From Macrostomum lignano (taxonomy: Eukaryota): 64,000 bases of DNA. The translations under genes were made by a program, and so were the position numbers. Below, one piece after another: positions 36,518-55,400 of the stretch (its first letter is position 1; each line of letters begins with the position of its first letter). The notes beneath the pieces were generated by a model. It ran no database searches. It was not told the DNA's origin and saw only the letters and a list, made by a program, of their open reading frames with translations. The stretch covers positions 62,001 to 126,000 of the forward strand of contig NIVC01001913.1 in the NCBI GenBank assembly GCA_002269645.1, read 5' to 3'.

Positions 36518-38510
36518 CAAAGATACTATAGAATTAACGCGTGCAAGCTACTTTCAGTTCAGTAGTAAGTTAAAAAGAAGCATTTTAATGTATTCTTAAA
36601 GTCAAGGCTCATTTTAAATTGGCTCTTACCCCCAGCTTAAACCATAGAATACACACAGAATGGCGAATCCCGCATTTTGAGAAAATTTCTTGCACAAGAA
36701 TTATATTCTATACTGGCTACTCTTGTTGTGAAGAGAAACTAAGTAGGCTGAATGGCACTTTACCTATTCTTTGCCATTTATTGCGGGTTTGTCCCACAGA
36801 ATATAGGAAGGCTTGATGAACCAACCCACCCCCTTCTAAACTGTGCTATTTTTAGAAACTACCTTAAGGCTGGCCCTTCCTTCTGCTGCGCTTTAAGTTA
36901 GTGCCATAGACAGCATGCCTTGGGCGTTTAAGCACGAGCTCGTGGCGTGAAAGCATGCAGGTCAAATGCAGTATTGATCGCGCTAGCCTGTCTTTGCTGT
37001 ATTGCATTCTCTATGGCCCAAGCTGGTGCTCCTGAAGCTAGGTCTGGCTTCAAAAGTGCTAATACCGAAGGCATAGAGTTTGAATACGCAGCTTATTGTG
37101 ATACTGTTTTTGCATGACTGCGTCTGCTTCAAGGCTTCAGTGCGCTGCGTACGGATGCCCCAACTACGCCGGCAAGTGTCCGCCGGGCATTAGATTTCAC
37201 CGGTTTCCAGCAGCCAGCGAGCATCCAAGGTTGCAGTGAGCCAAGAAGCTCCAGATCCAGTCCACCTGCAGGGCAACACTTGTGACTCAGATCTCACGGA
37301 AGCAGGTGATGAGCTCTTTGCTACATCGGATGACTTAGATGACGAGAAGTGCGCATATGTCGGCGGTTGGTTGCTGTTCCGCTTCTTTAAAACCGAGTGC
37401 AAGTGTGAGGTGTTCCAGCAGGAACTGAAGGAAAAGCAATTCGGACACGCTTCCTGCGACTGAAGTGCAAGCGGGATGACAGCTTAGTCACCCCAAGCAG
37501 AGCAGTTATCAGAGCTGTCACTGAGATGGAACGCCAATTCAAATTGCTGGAAGTGACAGAGTTCATGCATGCTGGTGTGTCACACAGAATCAGCAAATTA
37601 TTGGCCGGTTGCATCAGGCCAATTATTGCGACTCATTGCGCTGAGCACTCAGAGAGATGCGTGATGGGCATTGCGAGGCTGTTCTCGAAGCTGCGCTTGC
37701 ACCATTGGTGCAATGGGCACAGGATTGCGGCTCAGGAGAGAAAGCGCGGGCGAGTATTTTGCAATGAGCAATCGAGGAAGTTCAAGAGGATGAGTGTGAT
37801 TGCATGAGATTTGCTATTTCTGTTGCGTCTGGCATTTCCTGCCTTGCGTGCAGCGCTAAAACTTAACCTGCTGTTATATGTTTGTTTTTTAGCTTACATG
37901 TACATGGCAATGAGGTTATAACGGTTGTTACTACTGCTCATGACTTTGCGCACGCACCGTTATGAACAAATTAATTACAAGAATAATGCAGCATTCATCT
38001 GCAGCGTCAAAACGACGACTCAAGGCTTTCAAAGGCTGTCTTGAGCTCAACTTTTACATTCAACTTTGCGTTCAAAAAACGCAACTACTTATCAGCTTCA
38101 CAACGTTAGTAGTGCAAGCGCATTTATTTTCGCTTTCATAGAGAACTGCCGATTCGCCATTCTGTGTATATTCTGTGGCTTAAACCCTCCAACCGCGCCT
38201 TTCCACACTACCCCCCTCGCCCCACCCCAATTTTTATTGCCTTTCTCGGAATTCCAGCCTAAAGCTGCCATGTACATTTCAGTGGACTGGCTAATGTACA
38301 TTATTGCTGAACCAATTAGCAAGTTGTTTACGCCTGCAAGCTTGGGCTGCTAAACTTATCAAAGTCATTTCAGCTGCGGTTATGTTTATAAAATGGCTTA
38401 TGTATTCTTCATTGCTACTGAACTGAAAGTAGAAAGCTGATTTACTAAGTATTTATTTATGCCTGAGTGGCCCATCTATTGCAATAGTTACATGAATTCT
38501 AGTATCTGTG
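36518..38510. mobile_element. MITE of the CACAGATAC family (inverted), split by a nested THAP/P element
   Basis: Termini caaagatac (36518) and gtatctgtg (38510); TSD atcgccac/ttcgccac. Confidence 0.78.
36643..38177 (+). mobile_element. Non-autonomous P-element/THAP9-like transposon
   Basis: 27-bp TIRs catagaatacacacagaatggcgaatc; 8-bp TSD gcttaaac. THAP N-terminus CAAYGCPNYAGKCPPGIRFHRFP (~37141-37209) is joined to C-terminal fragments (AYVGGWLL...C, LVTPS...E..F, RLHHW); catalytic core deleted. Confidence 0.82.
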
Positions 38511-38904
38511 TTCGCCACCGGAGCTAGAATTCTTACTAGCAAGTATCATTATCATAATATCTTATCGAAAAACAACTACGAGCCTGCATGTACTTTGGTT
38601 GAACAAGCTGGGTAATAAGATAGATAGTTTATAGTTCTAGATTGGCTAGGCATTAGGCAAACACACACACTCTACCTTTTAGAAGAGCTTAATAAATATT
38701 ATAATAAAGTTATTGACAACTGAAGTGGGAGGCCAGTATATGCTTGATTTTCTTAGAAATTCCCTCAAGATATCGGACTTTTCTAGCGAGGATTTTTCTC
38801 GACCGATTTTGTCTATGGTGAAACCCCATTCAGGTAAAAATTCTGCCCCAGCTATATCCGGCCCATGAAGCCTCTGATTCCGGCTCGCTCGCTCAAGGTT
38901 TGTC

Positions 38905-39230
38905 TCTTCTCAGCTCTTCTCTCTCCTCTCCTCTCATCTCATCTCATCTCATCTCATCTCCTCTCCTCTCCTCTCCTCTCCTCTCCTCTCCTCTCCTCTC
39001 CTCTCCTCTCCTCTCCTCTCCTCTCCTCTCCTCTCCTCTCCTCTCCTCTCCTCTCCTCTCCTCTCCTCTCCTCTCCTCTCCTCTCCTCTACACTCCTCTT
39101 CTCTCCTCTCCTCTCCTCTCCTCTCCTCTCCTCTACACTCCTTTCTTGTCTCCTCTCCTCTATTATTTCTCTCATCTCTCATCTCTTCCACTTCTCTCTC
39201 CTCTATTCTTTCTTCCTTTCTCATTTTGTC
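38905..39230. repeat. (CTCTC)n polypyrimidine tract
   Basis: Directly visible; a related GA-rich tract lies in inverted orientation at 43470-43750. Confidence 0.92.
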
Positions 39231-39700
39231 AGCAAAAAATGAACTAGAAGACCCTTTATCTGGCCCTTGATGCAAAAGGTTGGCCGACCCCTGCTCCAGA
39301 GCACACTAAATGCACTGCCAACATGGCAACTATGGGTTCCAGCTCATTCCTAAGAAAACCGAGTGTAGCGACCTTCTACTTCAGCTGTCCATGAAAATCA
39401 TACTGTGTAAACCTGCACATCCGGCTGAGGATCACAGCTTAGGACTAATATTTCTCTTCACATATTCTCGCCTTATCAAGTAGTTATGAGTCAATACTTC
39501 TGAGTTATCGTCAGTAGCAGTCGACTCTTGTGCTCTTATCAACTAAACCAAAAAGCTGCTCACCATTGGCTGCCTCGGGTATGAGGCAACATGTCTGAAA
39601 TGTGCACACGGGCCACTCAATTCTGTTCCAGTAGTTGTACGTACGAGTATAGTAAATATAATTAGACTCAGTCAAACTGACTCACACCTGAGTGAGCTAA

Positions 39701-41926
39701 ATGAGCAACCAACGGATAGAATCAACGGCCACAGAGTGCAGCTGCTACGGCTGTCACCAGCCAGCTAAGGGAGCAGCTGCCGTAGCCACCGGCGACCCGC
39801 TGTGCGCCACTCACGCTGCTCAGGACGCCGACAGCGTTATGCAGCTGCGCAGGCGCGTTCTCGCACGCTATCGTCAGGCCACGGAGGCGTCGAAAGCGCG
39901 CATAGAGCGGCGCAGATGCCGAGCCGAGGCGCGCAGAGCAGTGGAGGAGGCGCGCAACCTGCTGGAGTGCAGCTTCCGAGCTACACTTCAAGCCCTTGAC
40001 GTTGACACCGACGGAGATGGAGAAGAGTGCAGACTGGCGGAGCTGCTGACCTACGAGACGGAGGACGCGGCGGCGATGGCGCAGGACGATCTGGTTGCTG
40101 TGCACCGCCTGGCGCGGCGCATGGAGCTGGCTCTGGGTCAGGCTGGCGTCAGCGGGACTCAGGACCCCGCCCTGTCTGCCGCTGCCGCCAAGCAGCTGTC
40201 CGACAATTGGACTTCCCTGTGCCGCTCATTCGCTGGGGCAGTTCGCGCATTTCTCAATACAACCGAGGTGGCGCGGCAGCAATCGGCAGTTGTTGTCGAG
40301 TCGACCAGCTGGGACGGCTTGTCGGGCGACGTCATGTGGGCGACCGTCTGCCGCAACACGTCGGGCTACGGAGCGGACGCGGACTCTGGCGTGATGGTCT
40401 CGCTGGCCGACGTGCCGCCGCCCACTGCGCAGCCGCTGCCGCCTGTGTGCCTGTTCGCCTCGCTTCACCGCGACCACCAGACCGACCACCTGCTGGCGCT
40501 GGGCTCCGATGGCTGTCGGCTGCGCGTTCGAGCCGAACTCGACTGGACGCATCGGGTGAGAGTCTTTGCTGCGCCTTGGCTGGCAGATCATGGCGGGTGG
40601 ACCCGCAGCCTTCGAGGAGGCAAGCAGTCAGGCACGCGCTCACACAGGGTGTACAGCAGCTCTGACTAACTTCTCCTCGTCAGACATGTACACTCTCTGT
40701 GACTTTGTTAGCCCCTTCCAGACCCTCACAATTCTCATGAACATGCCCCGAATACCCGAATCGAACCCAAAAGCCTTGGGTTCTGAACCGCTTTTTTGCC
40801 TCACCTCTGCTGCTCAGGTGCGCGGCCTCTACTGCGACTCTGTCAGGCAGAGGCTGTTCGTCTCGCAGGACGAGCTCGGCGTCACCGCCTGCTGCCTGGC
40901 CGGCCGGCGGCTCTTCAGCCTCAGCCTGCCGGCTCCGCTGTGCTGCGGCGGCCTTACCGGCCTGCCCGCCGACAGCCGCCTGTTCGTGTTCGACGAAGCC
41001 AACCGGCGAGTGCTGACTGCTGCCTTGGGCGAGGACGACAGCGGCCAGCCAATCGGGTGCGAGCTGGCTGCGGTTGGGCATCGGCACACCGGCAGCTTTG
41101 GCCGGCTTGCTGTTGTCGCCGACAGCAGCGCCCTGCTACTCACCGACTTCCAGGGACGGCGGCTGCTGCAAATTCGATTGGAGACCGGAGAGGCTGCGGA
41201 GTGGCCAGCAGCTCCGGGCTGTGCTGAGCGATGGTGAGTGCTGGGGCTGAGCACCCTCCCTACAGCACCTACAGCACCCTCCCTATAGCATTCTCAGTAA
41301 ATGAATTCAGCATGATTTACATGAATACAGTTTTTCATACAACAGAGGCACTTAACCAGACGTAATTATTATCACCGACGACATACAGCTAGATAAAGAC
41401 AGTCACGAGAATATAGAACGCCTAAAAATACAAATTTGACTCAGTGGCCGAATTTTCAAATCAGAAATTTCTTCAGCAATAAAAATGCAATCGGAGGCAA
41501 CATGTAAAATGACCTGAGACCAATCTCAGCATCAGTAGCATGCGTTGCCTATCTCGCCTGCCTTGAGCGTTGGCACCAAATAATTAAGAATCGAACCCAG
41601 GGGCTTTGGCACAGAGTCGGATCCGTTGTCATCCCACCTGCAGCTCCGGATCCCCCGTGTCGGTGGCCGTCGACGCCTCCGGCCGGGTGTTCGTGAGCTA
41701 CACTGAGGATCACGTGATCGACATCTACTCGCCGGACGGTGTCCGACTGCTCGGCCGACTTGGCGAACTGGGCCGGCCAGGCGGCGGCCGCGGACGGCGG
41801 GATGGCCGGATTCTGCTGGAGAGTCCCTGTGGCCTGGCCGTGTGGCCGGGACTCGAACCCGGACTGACCTGGCTGGCAGTGGCCGAGCGGGACGCCAGGA
41901 GGCTGCGGCTGTTCCTAGTGACGTGA
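39701..41926 (+). CDS. TRIM-NHL-like protein lacking RING (degenerate B-box, coiled coil, NHL beta-propeller), ~517 aa
   Basis: Exons 39701-40555, 40818-41233, 41644-41926 with consistent phases; CYGCHQP...LCATH; NHL-like SPVSVAVDASGRVFVSYTEDHVIDIYSPDG and SPCGLAV...LAVAERDARRLRLF. Confidence 0.75.
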
Positions 41927-42369
41927 GCGGGCCGGCCACTCTACATAGGAAACGATCAGCTATAGTAGTAGCAGATGATAGCTCAACTCTGCCGCAGGGA
42001 AAGCCGCGGAAATTCCATGGGTCGCTGCCGCCAACCTCTGAGCCAAGGAGCAACCGACCTTCCTCAGGAAGCCTCATTTTGGACTGCAAGTGTTCACAGT
42101 TGGCACGCAGCAGATACTCGTAGGCGAGTTGTTGCGTCATCTTTGACTGAAGTAGTTATTAACCTCTGTCTAGACTCAATCATTTCAGTGAGCTCCAAGT
42201 CAGTGTGTGACCTCGAGTTCTTAAACAGCTGAAGCAGCAGGACGCCGCAAACCGTGCCAATTTTGCTGGAGTTTTCACCGCGAAATGCATTGGCGAGATG
42301 GGAAGCTTTCAGTTCTTCAGCACTGAATCAAGGACCACTAGAAACACTTCGTTCTGCGCAGCGCTGAGT

Positions 42370-42725
42370 GGGGTTTGGCCATAGACAAATCCGTCCAGAC
42401 AAAACACTGCAGAGACAGGAGCGGCCACAGATACTAAATACCATTTATTATTATCTGTATTTATTATCTGTGGGAGCGGCTGCAATTTCGCCGCAACTTT
42501 GTTTGCTTGCCGGTCTCCGGCAGCAGTTCATGAAAAAGCAGCTTGATAAACTTGTGAGCGCAGCTCGGGCAAAACGCCTGCTGGCTGCATCTGCAATTCG
42601 GAAGTCCAGCAGGTGACAAATTGGGGATTCAGTGCTGAAGAACTGAAAACTTCCATCTCGCCAGTGCAGTTCGCAGCGAAATCTGCACGATGTGCGGGTG
42701 CAGCGGCCTTCTGCTTTAGCTGTCC
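42370..42725 (+). mobile_element. Dispersed repeat with CATAGACAAA end motif (P-like), carrying a 47-bp nested insertion
   Basis: Near-identical inverted copy at ~59700-59960; related end motif at ~38805-38828. Confidence 0.65.
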
Positions 42726-43403
42726 AGGATTCCGAATCGAGCCTAGGACCTTCGATCCTTTGGCCATTTTTCCTCTGATTGCTTATCATAGCAATATTGT
42801 TAATGCCCACTACAGAATGAATCTAATCCACCATATTTACCTCCTATTGTGGGGGGTGCTATGAATACTTTTCTAGTATTTCAGACAATGCTTCAATAGT
42901 TCAATCCACCTTTCCGCACTGTATTCATATTGAAATTATTAACAAAAAAGAACAAATTCAAGCCATGCTACTAGCGAGTAGCTTATTAAATTATAAAATG
43001 CATTAAGAGCTTTGGCTAAAAACAGCTAGCTATATATAGACACATTTGGGCATCAGAGCAGCTCTGAGTTGATTTATTTATTAATACAAAATTTATGACA
43101 GTCGTCACAATTCTTTCTAGGAAACATCTTTCTAGGAATTCCCCCTGTTATCTCACTGTGGCTGTGTGAGATGCAGAGAGATTTACTTATGCAATCTTAG
43201 CGTTCGTCATGACACATCAACCAGTCTAATTGTTGGCTTCCTGGATCTGGACCCAGTAATTCATATTTCCTTTGAAGTATCAATAATTTTATAATTATTG
43301 GGATTATTGGGATATCAAGACTTCTATTGACTGTAAAATTTGAGCAATCTGTAAACATGGAGTCTGCAGACTTCTGCAACTGCTGTAGGTGAGAGTGGAT
43401 ACT

Positions 43404-43840
43404 GTAGGGGTCGGCTAACTTTTTGCCTCAAGGGCCAGATCAAAAATATAGATCATTACTGCGGTGAGGTGAGAGGGAGAAAGGGAATAGAGGAGATGAA
43501 AGGTGAGAGGCGAGATGAGAGATAAGAGATGCGATCAAATAAGAGGAGAGGAGAGGAGAAAGGAGATGAGAGAAGAGGAGAGAGGAGAGACAGAAGAGAG
43601 AAGATAATAGGTGTGGAGAGAGAAGAGAGGAGAGGAGAGGGGAGGAGAGAGAGAGGAGTGGAGAAGAGAGAGGAGTGGAGGGAGGAGATGAGGAGAGAGG
43701 AGAGGAGAGAAAATAGAGAAGAGAGGAAAGAGGAATGACCTGAGAAGAGACACAAACCTTAGCTGGATTGCTAGATTGCTATTGTGAAGTTTCAAAGGAC
43801 CCAAGGGCCGGATAGAGAGGCTTCGCGGGCCGAAGTTTGC
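43404..43840. mobile_element. hAT(Charlie)-like MITE remnant containing a GA-rich tract
   Basis: Left end taggggtcggctaact and motif ggccggatagagaggcttcgcgggccg; a similar junction precedes the CT tract at 38860-38905. Confidence 0.4.
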
Positions 43841-43991
43841 CGGAGTGTAAAGGGTACGGTAGAAATGTTGGTATTTTATTCAATTTTGAACTTTTGCGAC
43901 TGATGCCAGCTGGCATCCGGGTCTTCACTGGCTTCCCAGCCAACAGGAAGTGGCAGCGATTTCTTAAAAAAACACAAGCCGACCGTCCCAA

Positions 43992-50558
<6,567 letters not shown>

Positions 50559-52408
50559 GAATTTCTGGCATGCAAATTCCAGAAATTAGAATTGTAATTG
50601 AACTATGAAGTATTTAAGAAAAGCATAATGCACTGTTTCTTAGCTTTTTTTACATTTTATTGTACAATCATTAATACCAGTAAATCTCTATCAATCTTTT
50701 CCTGTGATGAAAGAACAGTAAGAATTGAAAATTACATGTGCCATAACAATTGGTCTAGAAATAACTGAAGTAAAAAAGTACTAAATATTTGAAAACTTTT
50801 AAATTCCACCTAAAATTACCTAAGTAACTGCTTTGACTTCAGAAAAATGATAGGCTTCCTTTGACTAAACTTCTCTGTTAACCTAAAGTCCTAAACCACT
50901 TAATTTTCTTAATTCAAATCATTTTTTACTTTGTAATATAGGCGGAAAAACCACAGGCCAATCTTTAATATCCATAAACAGAAATGAGACTACAGTTGTT
51001 AATATATCATAAAAGTCACTAGTGTTAAGTGCAAATGCTATTTATCTAACAATCAACATTTATTAGTGCAGTGTCAGAAATATATACCGATCTTAAATAA
51101 CATTGTATACATTCATCATTTATTAAAAACTTTTTCTGCACTAAATCTTAACTTTCTGATTAGAAAAATTCGTTTATCACATTAATTTTAAATATTTAAT
51201 GCTACATTATGATCTAAAAGACATAGCTTAATTTTTTAGGGCATGCTTCCTTGTGTTTATAACCCTACGCTCTCTTTTTAGGCTAAGTTAATTTCATAGA
51301 CATTGGCCAGCTTTTGCACAATTTTTTAAACTATTTTGCATACAATATTTGAATCAGTCAGTATATTTTACATAAAAAGTATCCGCATCTTATTGAATTA
51401 TTTTTTTAAAACTACGACGAAAAGAATAATCTGGGTTTGATTTTGCCTTTGAATAGATATTGTCAATTGACTAAATACTCTAACAATAGCTCTGTCATCA
51501 GCTCAAGGCTTTATGTTTAAAATCATTTGAAGATTTTTAGTCAAATTTAGTCACAAAGCTCATACAACGTGACAAATAAACATTATAAAGAAAATTAAAT
51601 TTTTTAAAATGTCGTCAAAAAAAACTAATAGAATAAACTTTGCTTGAATTTCTTGAAAGTCCTAATCTTTTAAAGAGAATATTTTGTTTTATTTAAGTTA
51701 ACACGTAACAAAATGAAAAATACAATAGTTTCTAAGCTTGGTACGCAGTCAGTAAAATTGTCCTAACTTTTCTTTTTTCTAATTATATGTGGTACAATAA
51801 GTCCCTTTGACACCTTTTAAAGGCTATTCAGTTCCCTCGCTTGAATGATAATTGCGATCAAATTCACATTCACACAAGAAAGAAGTCTGATTTCAATGCG
51901 CCAAAAAACGACGAAACACTCAGTTGTGCATGGCTTAACATCAGCCTCAGAAAAGTCTGCTTATTTTTCAAGAAGTTTTATTCCCGAACGGCCTATTTCT
52001 CTGTTGAACAAGTGATTGAAATTAGAAAAGCAGTTTGCTTTTTTGTTTTACAACACAGTTGTCTTCCGGTAGCAAATATTTCCGCTGATTCGTTCCTCCG
52101 AAAGCGTTGTCGAGGAAGCGAAAACGCTATAAGGAGGCGTTGGTTTCTCAACTGGATTCCCTAGGGTGGGATTGCTGCAGGTATTCGGTGAGGGCTCCAG
52201 AGAGCGCGTTCGGTAGCCAAGAAAAGCTCGCTGAAAAAGTTGAACCAAGGCTTCGCTCAGCCAAATCTGAAATTGCCAGTACGTTGTGCTTTAATTGCAA
52301 AGTGCGCTATTAACTGTGACACACTGATAGGTAGCTACTACGTGTATAGTTATCGTGCATGTTGCGTGTATATACATATACATGTACAGCGATTGGAAGT
52401 ACATGTAA

Positions 52409-55400
52409 TCATGCAGCTTTTCTTACACTTCGAGATGCCCGAGCAAGGCGGACTTTCAGCACGATCTCGAAGGCAAGAGCCAATAACGACAGACCAAGCC
52501 CAGTTGCAAATGTGATGAACAGACCAGTAAAAGCGTCCATGTTCAGCTTGCCAGGTGTGGACTGCGCACCTCCGAGGCCACCACTGTTGCTGTTGCGGCT
52601 GCTACAGGGCAGGCCCGAGATATTGTAGCTTTTAATCCAAGTATTCGACAGCTGGACAATGTACTGCTGCTGTATCAGCTGCAGAATCGCTTCGGTTAGC
52701 ATGTTCCGCAGGACGATGTCTGACGCGGGTAACAGTTGCAAAACGCTTTGTAGATCCAGTAAAAATAACTCAATCATCTGTACCTCTGCTCTACCATTCT
52801 GCTCCCTTTTATCGGCTCCTTTGATCTTTTCCTGTGCAAAATTAGCTTCGACCGACTCTCCACCCTTCGATTCTACATAAAAAAATTTGGTCTTACTCCA
52901 ACCTCCCTCCAACCCTCCAACCCTTCAACCCTCCATCCCTCTAACCCTCGAACCCTCGAACCCTCGAACCCTCGAACCCTCGAACCCTCGAACCCTCGAA
53001 CCCTCGAACCCTTAAACCCTCCATCCCTCTAACCCTCCAACCCTCCAACCCTCCAACCCTCCAATCCTCCAACCCTCCATCCCTCCAACCCTCCAACCCT
53101 CCGACCATCCGACCCTCCAACCCACCGACCCACCAACTCTCCAACCCTTTAACCCTCCATCCCTCTAACCCTCCAACCCTCCAACCCTCCAACCCTCCAA
53201 TCCTCCAACCCTCCATCCCTCCAACCCTCCAACCCTCCGACCATCCGACCCTCCAACCCACCGACCCACCAACTCTCCAACCCTTCAACCCTCCATCCCT
53301 CTAACCCTCCAACCCTCCAACCCTCCAACCCTCCAATCCTCCAACCCTCCATCCCTCCAACCCTCCAATCCTCCAACCCTTCAACCCTCCATCCCTCTAA
53401 CCCTCCGACCATCCGACCCTCCAACCCACTGACCCACCAACTCTCCAACCCTTTAACCCTACAATTTTCCCTTCAAACCTCCAACCCCCTCTACCCTAAA
53501 ATCCCACACCCTTTCTCACTTTTATCCCTGAAACTTCTTCACTCCCTAGCTTGAGCTCCCTGCTCCTCAACCCACCCATCCATCCATCGGAAACTAAACG
53601 GAAAAAAGATAAACTCACTGCCCTGAGCCACCCCGAAGCCGAAGGCGCTCGGACTGAAGGTCTCGCCAACCTGGGTGAGCTCGCAGTCCCGCTCCCGGTA
53701 GAAATCAACCAGCGGCGACTCCAGGACGCCGGCGAAGCCGCCGACTCGAATGCGCCGAAGGGCGTCGGCGGGGCTCTCAATAAACGACGCCTGTCCGGTG
53801 GCGTTCCACTGCACCATCTTCTTGAACATCTTGCTGTAGATTGGGTCCTTGGAGGTCTGCGGGAATGCCAGTTCGGCGTCTCAAGCACGTGGTATGATTT
53901 ATTTGTCAAGGAATGCATTTATAATGCACTTGCACTTAGTTACTTTAGTGCCTATCTCATTGATTCACCCACCTCACTCATTCACCCACCTCACTCATTC
54001 ACTCACCTCACTCATTCACTCACCTCACTCATTCACTCACCTCACTCATTCACTCACCTCACTCATTCACCCACCTCACTCATTCACCCACCTCACTCAT
54101 TCACTCACCTCACTCATTCACCCACCTCACTCATTCACTCACCACACTCATTCACCCACCTCATTCATTCACCCACCTCACTCATAAATTCACAGCTCAC
54201 TCATTCACCCACCTCAGTCATAAATTCACAGCTCACTCATTCACCCACCCCAGTCATTCATTTATTCACCACACTCATCTAATACCTCAATCTATTTCTA
54301 GCATTTTGCTATACCATCTAAACTTCAATTTTTAAAGCAACACAGGGCAAACCCACTGAGAAGAAGGTGTAGGTAGAGTCAGTAGATACAATGCTATATT
54401 TGATGCTCTCCTGGTTAACCAGCTGAGCCAAGGTGCTAATTTCATTGAGCTTGTTCACGGTCAGGAAGGCGGCCAAATTGGCGGTGTAACTGCTAATAAT
54501 TACAAGGATGAAGAACCACCAGAATGCGCTGGCCAGACGAACAGAAAATGCTGTTGGCACAAGCTCGGAACCTGGGTGGTTTGCAGCGGTTTTAGTATGG
54601 GCTGTTCTAGGCTTGGAGTAGGAGCTGCGTCACATCTTTGCTGTCGTGTTCAGTTTCTCCACTTACACAGCCTCATGCTGTCTTTTATCTACTCTCTCTC
54701 CCACTCTTGTCTACTCTCTCCCAGTCTTATCTACTCTCTCCCAGCCTTTTCTACTCACTTCCAGCCTTGTCTACTCTCTCCCAGCCTTGTCTACTCACTC
54801 CCAGTCTTATCTACTCTCTCCCAGCCTTGTCTACTCACTCCCAGTCTTATCTACTCTCTCCCAGCCTTGTCTACTCACTCCCAGTCTTATCTACTCTCTC
54901 CCAGTCTTATCTACTCTCTCCCACTCTTGTCTACTCTCTCCCAGCCTTGTCTACTCACTTCCAGCCTTGTCTACTCTCTCCCAGCCTTGTCTACTCTCTC
55001 CCAGCCTTGTCTACTCACTCCCAGTCTTATCTACTCTCTCCCAGTCTTATCTACTCTCTCCCACTCTTGTCTACTCTCTCCCAGCCTTGTCTACTCACTT
55101 TCAGCCTTGTCTACTCTCTCCCAGCCTTGTCTACTCTCTCCCAGCCTTGTCTACTCTCTCCCAGCCTTGTCTACTCACTTCCAGCCTTGTCTACTCTCTC
55201 CCACTCTTGTCTACTCTCTCCCAGCCTTGTCTACTCACTCCCAGTCTTATCTACTCTCTCCCAGCCTTGTCTACTCTCTCCCAGCCTTGTCTACTAACTT
55301 CCAGCCTTGTCTACTCTCTCCCAGTCTTGTCTACTCTCTCCTAGCCTTGTCTACTCTCTCCCAGCCTTGTCTACTCTCTCCCAGCCTTGTCTACTAACTT

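Noticed and set aside
52720-52912. N-terminal extension of the last iGluR ORF (MEGGWSK...)
   Set aside because: Intronic read-through; the acceptor at 52721-52720 gives the canonical QG-N-IVLRNMLTEAIL junction.
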